Assembly: GCF_000400465.1 (NCBI RefSeq)
Contig: NW_008806281.1
Span: 450,637 to 482,636, forward strand
Length of the DNA stretch: 32,000 nucleotides
Origin: Wallemia ichthyophaga EXF-994
Lineage: Eukaryota; Fungi; Basidiomycota
Reading direction: 5' to 3'
Shown: one piece after another, positions 10,156 through 22,163 of the stretch
How the letters are laid out: every line of letters begins with the position of its first letter
Numbering within the stretch: the stretch's first letter is position 1
Translations under genes and position numbers: made by a program
The notes under the pieces: model-generated
Database searches by the model: none
Told to the model about the DNA's origin: nothing
The model's input: only the letters and a program-made list of their open reading frames with translations

Positions 10156-13012
10156 ATGGAGGTGTGTTGAGCGTGTGTGAGTTTGAAAGCGTTACTCACA
10201 GTACTCTAGAATATTCAAATCATCTGTAACAACAATCCTGCTACTGCGCATCTCTCCAACGGATCTCTGTGTATACGTATAGCCCACCAAATCATAGAGA
10301 TATCTCCGCCACTAATACAGCACGCTCTTCTCGATAACATAATTCTCGCTGTTCGGCTTCGTGATCTCTCTGCGTTACATCTCTCTTTCAACGACGCACA
10401 CACAGCTGAAGAGTACTACAATGCTCTAAAATCAGCCTGTATAGCTCTGAAAAGACCGTCCATATACAATCTTCCCGCTTTCCATCGCAGCTCGCCACCA
10501 AATCCATCCAGCTGGTCCATTTACGACCCAATCGACGAATTCAACAGGCAGGGATTGGCAGATAACAAATTGTGGCGCATAACACACATGAACAAAGCTT
10601 ACTCCCTCTGTCCGACTTACCCAGCCATACTCGTCGTGCCTGCCAAAATATCTGACAGCGTCCTCAACTACGCATCGAGGTATAGATCCCGCCAGCGCAT
10701 ACCAACATTGACATACATGCATTGGAACAACAACGCCACCATCACTCGCTCTGCGCAGCCACTCGTTGGACTCAAGAATGCGCGCTCAATCCAAGACGAG
10801 AAGCTGATAGAGACGATATTCACGTCGCATGTACATGTCGAGAGTGCGAGTGCATATGGCAGTACACCTACCAATCTCATTATGGATGCTCGTCCAACCA
10901 CCAATGCCATGGCGCAACTCGCTAACGGTGCCGGAACCGAGAACATGGATCACTATAAACAGTGTAAGAAAGTTTATTTGGGGATTGAAAATATACACAT
11001 AATCCGCGATTCCCTGGGGAGGGTGCTGGATGCGCTTGGCCTGAGTGATCCAGCTGGTTTGCGGGGTGGCGGTGGTAGTAGCAGCAGCAATAGCAGCAGT
11101 AGCACCACCATCGACCACCACCTACTTCGCAACACACTGCAGAAATCCGGTTACATGAAACACATCCATGCAATTCTTGCAGGCACACTCACCACAGTGA
11201 AGAACATTCACGTGCATTCCTCCCATGTCCTCGTGCATTGCTCGGATGTAAGTAGTGATTCCTTCTCATCTACACAACGCACCCGCTGACAAAGCAAACA
11301 AGGGCTGGGATCGCACATCACAAGTTGTATCACTTGCGCAGATCTGTCTCGATCCATTTTACCGCACCAAGCGAGGATTGGCAGTGCTAATAGAGAAAGA
11401 CTTCGTGTCATTCGGGCATAAATTCGCCGAGCGCAGTGGCCACCACACGCATCGACCATTCTACCGCACGGACGAAGTGAGCGGGGAGATAGCGCGTGAT
11501 CGTGAAGGGGAGGCGGCGAACATGCATGACAAGTTCTCCCTCTTTCCAGGACAATCGCAGAGTCAATCCCACAAAGAAATCAGTCCAGTGTTTCTGCAAT
11601 TCCTCGACTGTTTATGGCAGATACAGCGACAGCATCCGGAGCGTTTTGAGTATAATGACAGGTTTTTGCTGGCGCTGCTGCGCGAAGTGTACAGCTGCAC
11701 AAGCGGGTCTTTTCTTGCAGATAGCGAACGTGCACGTCGCGTTCCAGATCCACTCGATGGCATGCACCGCGCTCCTGTCGTCGAGAGCACTTCTGCAGTT
11801 TGGGATTACATACTAGATGATAGCACGCGAGAGGAGTTCTCTAATTCCTCCTACAACCCTACCCTCGATGAGCGCTCTAAGGGGGATATGGGCGTGCTGC
11901 TTCCTTCTCCCGCTCAAATACGGTGGTGGACTGGCCTGTTTGGGATGCAGGCCGACTGCGATACTTCTACTACTCAGGATGCTGCCGAGACTGTCGAGAA
12001 GGCGGCTGACGATCCTGTCTTGAATGCGAGTGCGAATGTCGGTAAAGGTGGACTGGGACTTAAGGGCGATAACGGGCCATCGTCAGGACGGAAAAGCAGC
12101 ACGGGTCAACTCGCTTCCTACTTTGACAGCTGGTCGAAGAGTGGAGTGAGTGGGGTGAGTGCGGCGGCAGCAGCAGCATCAGCTACAGCTCCAGCATCGT
12201 CTTCAAAAACCAATTCCACTTCCACTTCCACCCCTTCATCAAACATCTCTACACAATCAACGCACTCCACACCGTCCACATCCACACATCGTTTTCTCTC
12301 CAACCCTTCCAAATCCCCTTCGCTTTCCTCTCACACAACCAGCAACACGAGCATGTTCTCTAAATTCACTAAGCCGATGTCGGGCAACATGAATGTGAAC
12401 ATGAACATGGCAGGCGTTGCCAATATGGCTCGTGGACTGGGTACGCACGTGCACACGCACGTTAGCAATCTCGGTCATTTCGGCGCTGGTCTTGCAAGCG
12501 AATATGCCAATATGGAGAGTCGGTTCGGTGGGCTGCGCGTAGGTGAGAGTGACGATGGGAGTGGGAGTGAGAGCAAGAGCAAAACCAAGCAAGACGACAG
12601 CTTGCCACCGCGGCTGCGAGCTGGTGGCAGTAGGAGTGGCAGCACAAGTGCGAGTGGCAGAAGCACCCCCACCTACACCACCAACAATACTAACGTAGAT
12701 ACCCTGTTCGATCAAGATGATCAAGATGGTCCAGAAAATCAAGACGAGAGCGCTGCTATACCGCACAAGCTGAAAGAGTCATTGAGTGTTGAGAATGTGC
12801 TTGGTTTGGGAAAGGAACATGATGCACACACTCAACCTCAACTTCAAAAAGCATCACAGTCACTGTCTCACTTGCAAAATCACCCTCCCAGCCGCATACA
12901 GGCTCCACGACAAGCTAAACAGACGCAATCTCAACAAAAGCAAAAGCTTGAAAATGTACAGTACACTGACTCCCAACAAAAGCAAGACCCATTAGGCGTG
13001 AAGTACATGTGA
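10156..13012 (+). CDS. YMR1: Myotubularin-family phosphoinositide 3-phosphatase (Ymr1-like), about 917 aa
   Basis: Intron 11248-11302 (55 nt) restores the catalytic loop VHCSD|GWDRTSQ. Also W.IYDP..EF.RQG, LCPTYP, SRYRSRQRIPTL, DARP..NA, SPVFLQFLDC..Q. The frame is open upstream to TAG 10207-9; putative 6-nt first exon ATGGAG with a 48-nt intron 10162-10209 (start less certain). Confidence 0.9.
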
Positions 13013-13110
13013 AGTGCATGTGAATGCATGTCTATTACATATACTTGCTTATACACTATGCATTGCTCTCTTCATAAAGTAAATTCAAGCGCTCCATAAA
13101 CAACAAATGA

Positions 13111-13133
13111 TACACTATACACTATACACTATA
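13111..13133. repeat. (TACACTA)3 microrepeat in the YMR1/ligase convergent gap
   Basis: tacacta tacacta tacacta ta is directly visible. Confidence 0.7.
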
Positions 13134-13156
13134 TGCTATACAAATAATACAACCTC

Positions 13157-15763
13157 TCACTCTGCCTGCAACTGATACATACGTGCGAGATCGCTCGCCG
13201 TATTCGCCTGCTCGACATGCTTATCCTCCCGACAACGGATGAAGCGCGGGAAGCGTATGCTAAGACCCTTCTCCCCCACCATACCTTTTGCGGCGGGATA
13301 TACGGGTGACTGTGTGATACTGGAGTGTGTAAGAAGACAATGAGAAGGATGTAAAAGCAGGTGTAGATACAGATGCAGATGCGAATGGGCACTACAAGCT
13401 ACACACTGCATATACTGCACACGCTACTTACTCAGCACCTCTACATTCCCACACTTGGAAAGGGTTGAAGTGAATATCCGGATTGAGGTCTGTAGTGTGT
13501 GAGAAACGGCAGCAACCAACGAAACAAACAAACCAACCTCCGACTTGCACACCCGCAAAAGGTGTGCTGCTAGTATTAGGGCCGTCTTCTGCATAAACCC
13601 GATTGAGACTATCGTAGAAAGCATCGCTGAAGCCTGACATGCATTTGCACACAGCAGTGAAAGCACCCTCATCGTCATCGTACACAGCGAGTAGAATCGG
13701 TGACCAGAATTTGTTCTTGCGCCCCATACCGTGCCAAGCACCAATCGGGACAAGATCCATGCTGTCGCCTATCTCGGCTATGTAATCTTTCTTCACTTTC
13801 AGCCAGCTGTCTGCGCGTTTGTCTAGTGTATTTTGTTAGGTTTAAGATGATTTCTATATCCATGCATTATGCTCCCCACTCACCAGGCTCGTATGTAGCT
13901 GGCAGGGCTTTCTGTTTTGAAGGCGATTTCTTTTTCGTGTCTTCGTCTGCATCGTGGTCCCCTCCGTAATCTCCTTCCGCCTCCTCGTAGTAGTCCAGCA
14001 ACTGATTGTGTGAGACGGGTGAAGAAACAACGCGCAAAACCCACCTTCACCATTATTCCCTCGGCCTTCATCGACATGCACTGGTGGAAGAAAGCAGTGA
14101 TAGCATCGAGATGCGTGTCATCAGTAGAGGGCACATGGTCCCACCTTGCACAGTTCCCGAAAGTGAAGGGGGCGAGGTTGGTGCGCAGGGTTTGTCTGCG
14201 CTCTCTGAACGACTTGTCGAGGAGCGGCTCACCATTGTAAAGCATACAGTCGAAGGCGTACACGGCGACTTTGACATGCACATCGTCCATCTGCACCGCT
14301 TTTCTGCTCCTGTTTGCCAGCTCTTGGAATGGCCTCACCCTGCCTGTGTCGTCGACAGCTGCGATTTCTGCATCCACTACAAACGACGTGATGGAGGGGT
14401 TTGTTTTGAACATCTCCAACACACTCAGGCATATATCGGGGTACTTTTCTGTCATGTCTTCCAGTCGTCTTGAGAATAGTCGTATCCACACCATGCACTG
14501 TTCGCCAATTCTATCGAATGGCGATGATTTCCAACCTTTACACACGTATTCTTCCGAAAGAGTATCACTAGCGCTGAGAACACGCGCATGCAATTGACAT
14601 CTCTGCCCATCCAGTTTAGCCTCGCTTGTGAAAGGTCTGTGACGAAGACGAGTGAGAACGTCATCAAAGGAGCGGGTGATGGCGCCGAGCATGGGCTGTA
14701 CGGGTGTGCCAACACTAACAGGCACGGAATCTTCCAACCCATCCAGTCCACTCTCCCTCAGTGCTTTCACAAGGGTGTTGTAATTAGGATGGCGAGCGTA
14801 GACCCTCCTCACCACCTTCTCAGCACCAGTGAGCTTCTCTTCAACACGCCGCGTGTGCTCGCCATCTCGCGCGCGCTTTCCTGTCGCTTCCACCACCTCT
14901 GCCATCTCGCTCTCCTCAATGCTGACGTGGTAGTGCATCGCGAACGCCCTCGCTAATGCTGTCGAAAGCGTCGTGCGTACAGCGCCAATGCGCAAATTCT
15001 GCACTAGCGACCTGAACAGATAGCGTGCTTGCTCACCCTTGGCTGAGACAAGGAGCTTTTTGACAAGATTGGTCTTGGTTTCCTGGGACCGGGGTCCTTT
15101 CTGCTGCGAAATGGAGAGAAAAGTGGAGTACACGGCGTCGACAGTGAGGGGCTTTGGCTCGATGACGGAGATGCGGTTGCGGGTGGCTTCGAAGGCAACG
15201 TCGCCGATATCGCCGAGTTTGTGGTGCAGCTGGCGAAGTTTGGAGGGGGAAATAGAGGTGACATCCTTGAGAGAGCGGTTGAGAACGTGGCCGCCAATGC
15301 CGAGTTCGTTGGGCTCATACGGAGGGCCGAGTTGATGAGAGAAGAGCCAGAGAGAGGGTAGGAGGGAATCAACATCACTGCGAATAAGAATGCGGAAGTA
15401 GTTAGTGAGTATGTTGGTGATTTCAATGCGTGAGCGAGTGGAAGAGCATTGAACACACGCATCAGTCCACAGATCGAATCTGATGGGGGGAGAAAGGAAG
15501 GGTGGGTGGAAAGAATACGGAGATGCTTTGAAAGTGATTGGTTGGGTGATACGTAGGTTGTGTGCTGTGTGTGCGTCATCGTGGCTGCTATCGATGACGG
15601 AATCATGATCATGAGCATGAGCGCCACCGCGACGAAGCATCTGCTGGCTATCGAGCTTGACACGCTTGAGATCCCTCTCATAATCCTCTCTCTCTCTTTT
15701 CTCGTCGTTGTAGGAATCGAGACTGAGTCTTATAGCCTCATCGAAATCATCAGCTGGGGGCAT
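13157..15763 (-). CDS. ATP-dependent DNA ligase, Lig1-family paralogue (fungal lig3 / plant LIG6-like clade), about 780 aa
   Basis: Motif I EAKLDGQRCQLH, VDAEI, VYAFDCML, EGIMVK, TYEPDKRADSWLKVKKDY, DLVPIGAWHG.GRK..FWSPILLA, GLSIRFPRFIR. Introns 14044-14002, 13883-13823, 13537-13490 and 13431-13320 give one open frame. WSP.LLA rather than YG.FLLA marks the second Lig1-like clade. Confidence 0.9.
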
Positions 15764-15798
15764 TGAGGGAATTGAAGGAAAACAATAAAATTACTAGT

Positions 15799-15827
15799 CA
15801 CTTGATAAACACTTGAAGGCACTTGAA
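15799..15827. promoter_or_regulatory. Three phased CACTTGA motifs in the ligase/PRE9 divergent promoter
   Basis: CACTTGA at 15799, 15810 and 15820 (11 and 10 nt spacing). Function is inferred only. Confidence 0.35.
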
Positions 15828-15920
15828 ATATAATAGACTTTAATTGAAGATTAGAAGATTACGTGTTGCTCGCTCACAGCAACCACCAACAGCCAGTGAA
15901 ATCCCTCTAAATAAATTAAA

Positions 15921-16784
15921 ATGGCTCGCAGATACGACTCACGCACCACCATCTTCTCTCCAGAAGGCAGACTCTACCAGATCGAGTATGCAATGGAAGC
16001 CATCAGCCACGCCGGCACCTGTATAGGCATTCTCGCCAGCGATGGCGTTGTCCTTGCCGCAGAGAAGCGCGTAACTTCAAAGCTTCTCGACAAAGCTGAA
16101 GCTAGCAACGAAAAGATATTCGAACTCAACGCCAACATACTCGCAGGTGTAGCTGGTATTACCGCAGACGCCAACTCGCTGGTAAACTACTCGAGGATGC
16201 AGGCGCAGAAGTACTTGTACACGTACGACGACAACATCCCCGTTGAACAACTCACACAGAGGCTATGCGATTTGAAGCAGGGATACACTCAATACGGCGG
16301 TCTTAGACCTTTCGGTGTTTCTTTGCTCTATGCTGGACACGATATGCACCATGGCTTCCAACTATACCATAGCGATCCGTCAGGTAACTACTCTGGCTGG
16401 AAGGCTACCTGTGTAGGCGCAAACAATGGTACCGCCCAGTCTCTCCTTAAACAGGACTACAGAGACGGCGTTAGTCTTTGGTCACCTGCCCCTGACCAAC
16501 ATGATGAAACTGAAGGCTCGAAATGTGGTGCTGTGGAATTGGCTTGCAAAGTTCTCGGTAAAACTTTGGACGCAACAACAATAGATTCTGATAAAGGTTT
16601 GTAGTGTGTTTAAAGCCATTCACTCACCCACTCACGCTTCTCAGTCGAATTCGCTATCCTCAAACTCGACCCAAAAACTGGAAAACCAAAAGGTCAGATT
16701 CTCAAAGCACCCGAAATTGACAATCTTCTAGTAAAAGTCGGCCTCTCAAACAAGAAAGACCAAGAAGGAATGGACGTTTCATGA
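15921..16784 (+). CDS. PRE9: 20S proteasome subunit alpha-3 (PSMA4), about 271 aa
   Basis: [64 protein letters not shown]. Intron 16597-16644 (48 nt) gives DK|VEFAIL...; stop TGA 16782-4. Confidence 0.96.
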
Positions 16785-16928
16785 TGTTTTACTTAATTAT
16801 TAAAGATACGTAAATTGCGTGACATGATGTGAAATTTTTATTTGTTTGATTATCTTGTTTTTATAAAGCAACTCAGTTGGGCCAAGTTATCATTTGATAT
16901 TTATTGAAATCCAGCAGTAATATTTTAC

Positions 16929-18888
16929 TTAATCAATTGGAAATCTTTGACTTTGACGGTTGATAATTCGAAAGTTCTCCTTCTCAGCGCTATTCTTGGA
17001 CATTGATACTTCTGATAGCGGTGAAGACTGGATATTCAACTGTTTAGAAGAGCTGTTTGGCGTAGCCACCTCATTCGTAGAAACCGAATTGTCATTGAAT
17101 GAGCTTTCGCCTGTCTCAGGTGAGTGTGGCTGGCGTCTCTTCGCGTCATCGAGGTTTGCACGCTCTAACAACGACTCCAATGATGAGTTGGAAGAGTTCC
17201 TTTCCTCACCAATAGCACCCTTAGTTTGTGGTACTGGTGCGAAGTTAAAGCGGTCATGAGGAGCACTGAAAAAGCGTGGTGATTCTCCGATAGCTGGTAC
17301 TTTTAATGGTTGTTGCTCTGAGAAGAATCTACGTTGCTTAGTATTATTGTCGTGTGCTTGAAGTGGGCCACAACCCCAACCGACATCTTGAAGCTTGTTC
17401 GGACTGTTGGTGGTGTGTGTGACTTCTATCTTGTTACCTCCAATATACTTACCATTAATGGCATGCATCACTAACGCTGCATCTGAAGGTGAAACAAATT
17501 TCACAATAGCTGAAGCTACCAATGAATCTGGAAGAGCGAACATGTTTCCTGTAAACGGTTCGACTGGTCCAAGAGATTGAATGAATGAGCGAAGACCTGA
17601 ATCTGACTTCACTATTGTGATTGGCAGATTCTTGATCACTAAGCATATGTGGTTGGTCTGAATTGAGTCATCTACATAGTCAAGTTTCTCTAAAACTTCA
17701 TGACTTACTACTTGACTAGCATATGGTGCTGAGTTGCTTGGCGCATGTGGAGCAAAGGCTGATACATATGGATTGAAACCGTGATTAACATCAGCTTGTG
17801 GCTGGGAGTATGAGCGAGACATAAAGTCAGAAGCAAGACCACCGTCCATCAAAGACTTGCGAGTATTGAGCGGGAAAACATTTGCGTTTGAAGGAACGCT
17901 GGTAGGTTCCTTGGCAGCACGGCTTGAGAGTACAGGGACGCGGTGCTTGAGTGAACGACTAGCTTTGACACGATCGTCAACTGAGATTGAGTGAGAAGGC
18001 GTAGAGGAAGCTGAGTAAGATACTTACATCCTGAGCGTTGAATGAGTGCGTACGAGACTTCGATAGTGTAAGTCCTGCGAGGAATGTGAGGTGTGATAGA
18101 TTTTGGCTAGCTAACAGACCTGATTGCAGCTCCATTCAGGTGGTTTAGAGCGTCAGCAGCCTCCTGAGGAGTTGACATGTCACTGTTGTGTGAGTGTGAG
18201 TGAGTGAGTCTTGATAGCTGCATGAAATCTCACACAAAACCACGTCTGCGAGACGAGGTATCCAGCATGCTAATGAGATGAGTAAGCAAACTGAGACAGA
18301 GGCATACTCCTTCCAACTCACGCGAGTATAACGGCATGGGTGACAACACCGTATGGAATGAAGAGCTCTCTAAACTCGTCCGAAGTCATATCCAGTGGAA
18401 TGTTGAGCACGTAGAGGTTCTTTCGATCATTAGAGTCAGACTCTATCATCTTTTGAGAAGCATCAAAAGTTGCAAGATCTCCTTCATACTTTATTTGACT
18501 GAGCGTGTCAGTTGTGTCACAAAGGTGCAAATCTTCATCCTCAAACCCACAACTTACAGGGTAGCGTTACAACGCACGGCACCATTCATTGCAGACGCTC
18601 TCATTGCATCACAGTTTCTGTTAAAGACAACAAGAGCATATCCGGATTTCGCTCCTCTGGAGAAGTGCATCGAGACGGAGTCAACTAGGCCTGATGAGGG
18701 GATTATGAGTGGAGATATATTAAATAAACAACACACTCACCAACTTTGCTAAAAAGCTCATAAAAAGTCTCGTCGCTGACTAGAAGCGGGTGTGTTAGTG
18801 GGGTATGTGCGTAGCAGACGTACTTACTAAGCCTATTGATGCCCTCGACGCGGATTGTTCTGTCAGCCTCAATGTTCTGATACGCCAT
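16929..18888 (-). CDS. Three-RRM RNA-binding protein, about 535 aa, 8 exons
   Basis: Seven introns (18827-18780, 18740-18691, 18557-18499, 18321-18270, 18233-18183, 18119-18075, 18027-17981) give one open frame: RTIRVEGI...SGYALVVF; KNLYVLNIPLD...HAVILAMLDTSSRRRGFV...IEVSYALIQRS; LVIKNLP...AIVKF...GNKIEV. Start codon uncertain. Confidence 0.8.
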
Positions 18889-19643
18889 GATAGTAGGGAT
18901 GAAGGAGTAATTGCGCGATATGGCATGGGATTATGCCTGCGCATTTGGACATGCCAATTTGGGGTGCTCGACAAATTAAGGCTGCTGATGAGAGCGTGGG
19001 TGCGTAAAAGTCCACTTGTGGTCTAGCGACGTCTTTACGCGCGCTTAAAGCTTTCTTAAGAGCGCTCGAACGGCATATCTGATGATAGGGAGGCGTAAAA
19101 TTTTCTCAACGAAAGAAACATACGCTATTTTCGAATGAGTTGATGGGTGTAGCTTCTGTTAGCAAATATGAGAGGGCTATGCTTAGTTTCTTGGGAGCAT
19201 ACACGTAAATCCCGAATTTGGAAGCCCTGGGAGGTGAATGTGACAGTGCCATCGAGCGCAATCTGGGAACGTGGAGCTCTGAAGAGAATTGTAAAATGTT
19301 GCTGTGGCGCATTTGCATGCTGAAACTTCCGATAAGCCTCTGGATCACCAATAGGCCGGCCGACGTCATTGCATCTGCCAGACTGAGCGGTGCAGATGTT
19401 AACGAGCAGCTAGAGGCGTGCACGAACATCGACAAGGACTCAGGGCGAAATAGAGATAGAAAATACAGGAAAAAAGAGAGATGAAAAATCTTAGCGAGGA
19501 AGGTGTAAAGGGGAGTGATAGAACAGCGAGTGATACCAAACAGCCCAATTACTCCACATAAATTTCAATTTCATCAGCCACGCGAGCCGACTCGTCGTCG
19601 TGGACGTCTTCTCAAACGGTGAAGACGGTGAAGACGCAGAAAG

Positions 19644-20158
19644 ATGGTGTATCTGCTAGGCGTGAATTTACCAGATCAGAAACTAGTAAAAATAGCGCTG
19701 ACGAGGTTCTATGGAATTGGGCTCACGACGAGCGAGCGTATCTGTGCATATCTCTCCATCCACGACAAGGCGAAGATTGGGCAGCTACCAGAGCACACAG
19801 TCACGGAGCTTTCATCGTTCCTGTCTGCACCCCCAGCGCTGCCACAGACGCACTACCTCTCCAATTTCAAAATGGAGGCTGATTTGAGAAGAGACGTGCG
19901 GGCGAACATCGACCACCACCGCCAGATTGGCAGTTACAAGGGCAGGAGACATGGCCAAGGCTTGCCGGTCAGAGGTCAAAATACTCACAGTAACGCACGC
20001 ACAGCGAGACGCGTGAATAGGCTGTCCATGCGTGGATACGCTACGTGGGTTGTAGCTTTCTATCCAGTCCATCTAACATCCCAATCAGCTCCGCTAGACA
20101 AAGCACTCCTATCACTCTCCCCTCTCTCTTCAATAGACTCCTCAGATTGGTCAAATGA
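19644..20158 (+). CDS. SWS2: Mitochondrial ribosomal protein uS13m (Sws2), about 156 aa
   Basis: MVYLLGVNLP, ALTRFYGIG, EADLRR...IGSYKGRRH..GLPVRGQNTHSNARTA. Intron 20045-20088 (44 nt, GTGGGT...CTAAC...CAG) gives the tail SARQSTPITLPSLFNRLLRLVK*. Confidence 0.92.
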
Positions 20159-20172
20159 ATGTATTATCCCTT

Positions 20173-22163
20173 TTACAAACCAAGCTCAGATGTCTTGACC
20201 CAGTCGCTAGCCAGTGCGTTCTCGGCTTCTGTCAGCTTCACGTCGATCGTAGTTTGGTCCTTGCTGCTGACTTCCAAATAATACTTGATTTTCGGCTCTG
20301 TGCCAGATGTCCTGATTGTCATCACGAATGCCTCTCCGCTCTGTGCCTTGCCGTAAAAGGTTATCATGTTCCCAGCAGACACGGGCAGCACTGGCTTTTT
20401 GTCTGGCTGATTAGAGTCAAACGCATGTCCTTCCGTGAGATCCCTGACGTTTTCCACCTCGAATGGTCCCAATTGAGCTGGGTAGCCGGTGGCACTATCA
20501 TTCTCCCTCAGTCCCCGGAATATCTTTTCTTTCAAATCATTTGCGCCGCACTTGAAATAACTATTACGTGTACCGAAAAACCCATACTTCTTATAAAGCA
20601 GCTGTAACTGAGCGAAGACGGACGTATTTCTCCTGTTTAATCTCGCAGCAAGACGAACGAAAGCAATAGCAGCAGTAATGCCATCCTTATCTCTAATAAA
20701 CGGCGACAAACCGAACCCGATAGCCTCTTCATAGAGCAATTCTACCGCGTAACCCCTCTTCTCCAATTCGAGAGCCTTGTTGCCTATGTATTTGAAACCG
20801 GTTAGCGTATCCTCGAAGTGGAAGCCCTCAGCTGTGGCCATAGCACCGAGCATCTTAGATGAGACTGTCGAAGCTACCATTGCCATTTTGTCTGCGACGT
20901 TGTCTTTGTCAGTAGAAAGCAGTATCTACACTGCCTGTCTCACCCATTGGACGGTTCGTCCTCTTGTACTCTTCAATAATATACGATGCAAAGATAGCGC
21001 CCAACTCGTCGCCTGTGTATATATGCCACTGGTTGAGACTATTTCTGTCAGTAGGGTGTTGAGCTTGCAAGACACACCACTCACTCTATCTTCTCAGCAG
21101 CGAGGAAACGATCAGAATCAGGATCGTTAGCGAGAATATACTGGCTGCCATTCTTGTTTGCTGTATCTATAGCAAGCGACTGTGAAAAATGAGCGTCTGT
21201 ACACTATCCGCACAATCCACTCACCAAAGCACCCTTTTCCTCTGGGTTAGGGAATGGGAGTGTAGGGAAATCTGGATCTGGATCCCGTTGCTGTCTGACG
21301 GTCATAATTGGTGGCAGTCCCGTTACGGCGAAAGCGCGCGCAATGGACAGATCGGCACTGCCGTGGAACGAAGTATGCGTGATGGCCAAATCGGCCGCTT
21401 CTTCTGGTGGGAAGAGAGCTGCGACGTGATTGTGATACTCGTAGCGCATGTTGTTTGTCTTATCTTCGCAAAGAGGATGTTCACGCACAGTATCACAATC
21501 CCAGGCCTCATCCTCCGGCTCGAGGTTTTCGAGAATAGCGTCAGCGATAGCAGAGTCTACAGGGGGGATAATCTGGACAGCATTCTCGTAGTAGACCTTC
21601 CAACCATTATCTTGAGCGGGGTTGTGGGAGGCAGTAACCATCACACCGCCAACGGCACCGAGCTTCTTAACGCCAAAGGGAACGAGTGGCGTGTGTACTA
21701 CACCCCTATATGAATACACCTTGAAACCACGGTTAAGAAAAGCACGGGTGGTGAGACCAGCCCAGCGCTTCGAGTTGTGGCGGTGGTCGTGGCCTACAAC
21801 GACACCTCTCTTGAGAGCATCTGGTAGAGTGGAAAGATGGGCAGCCAGCCCCTGTGCAGCTTGTATGACGATCAGATCGTTCATAGACGAGTAACCGGCT
21901 TGCATTTTAGCTCTCAGGCCTGGATAGAGAGTAAGAGAAGCCGGTAAAGCTGCCGAGACGAACCAGCCGTGCCGAATTCAATACGCTGCCCTAATCTTGC
22001 GTCGAGCTCATCCCACTCGCCGTCATCCCAGAGATGCTCAATCTCGGAGCGAGTTTCTGGGTTCTGAAGGAGGTTGGCGGGATAAAAGTAATTTTATAAG
22101 ACTCACTTTATCATATCTGAGCCATTCTGCGACTAATTCGTCTATACGTGAGCTTTGTGGCAT
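20173..22163 (-). CDS. PRM15: Phosphoglucomutase-2 / phosphoribomutase (alpha-D-phosphohexomutase family), about 592 aa
   Basis: FGTAG|LR, MVTASHNP (phosphoserine loop), ANDPDSDRF (metal loop), YEEAIG, DKDGI, RTSGTEPKIKYY. Five introns: 22106-22064, 21963-21920, 21224-21180, 21084-21045, 20943-20904. Confidence 0.9.

Noticed and set aside
19106-19435. 109-aa ORF upstream of the RRM gene as a separate gene
   Set aside because: It spans intron-like elements whose removal breaks the frame, and it has no recognisable motifs. Treated as leader sequence.
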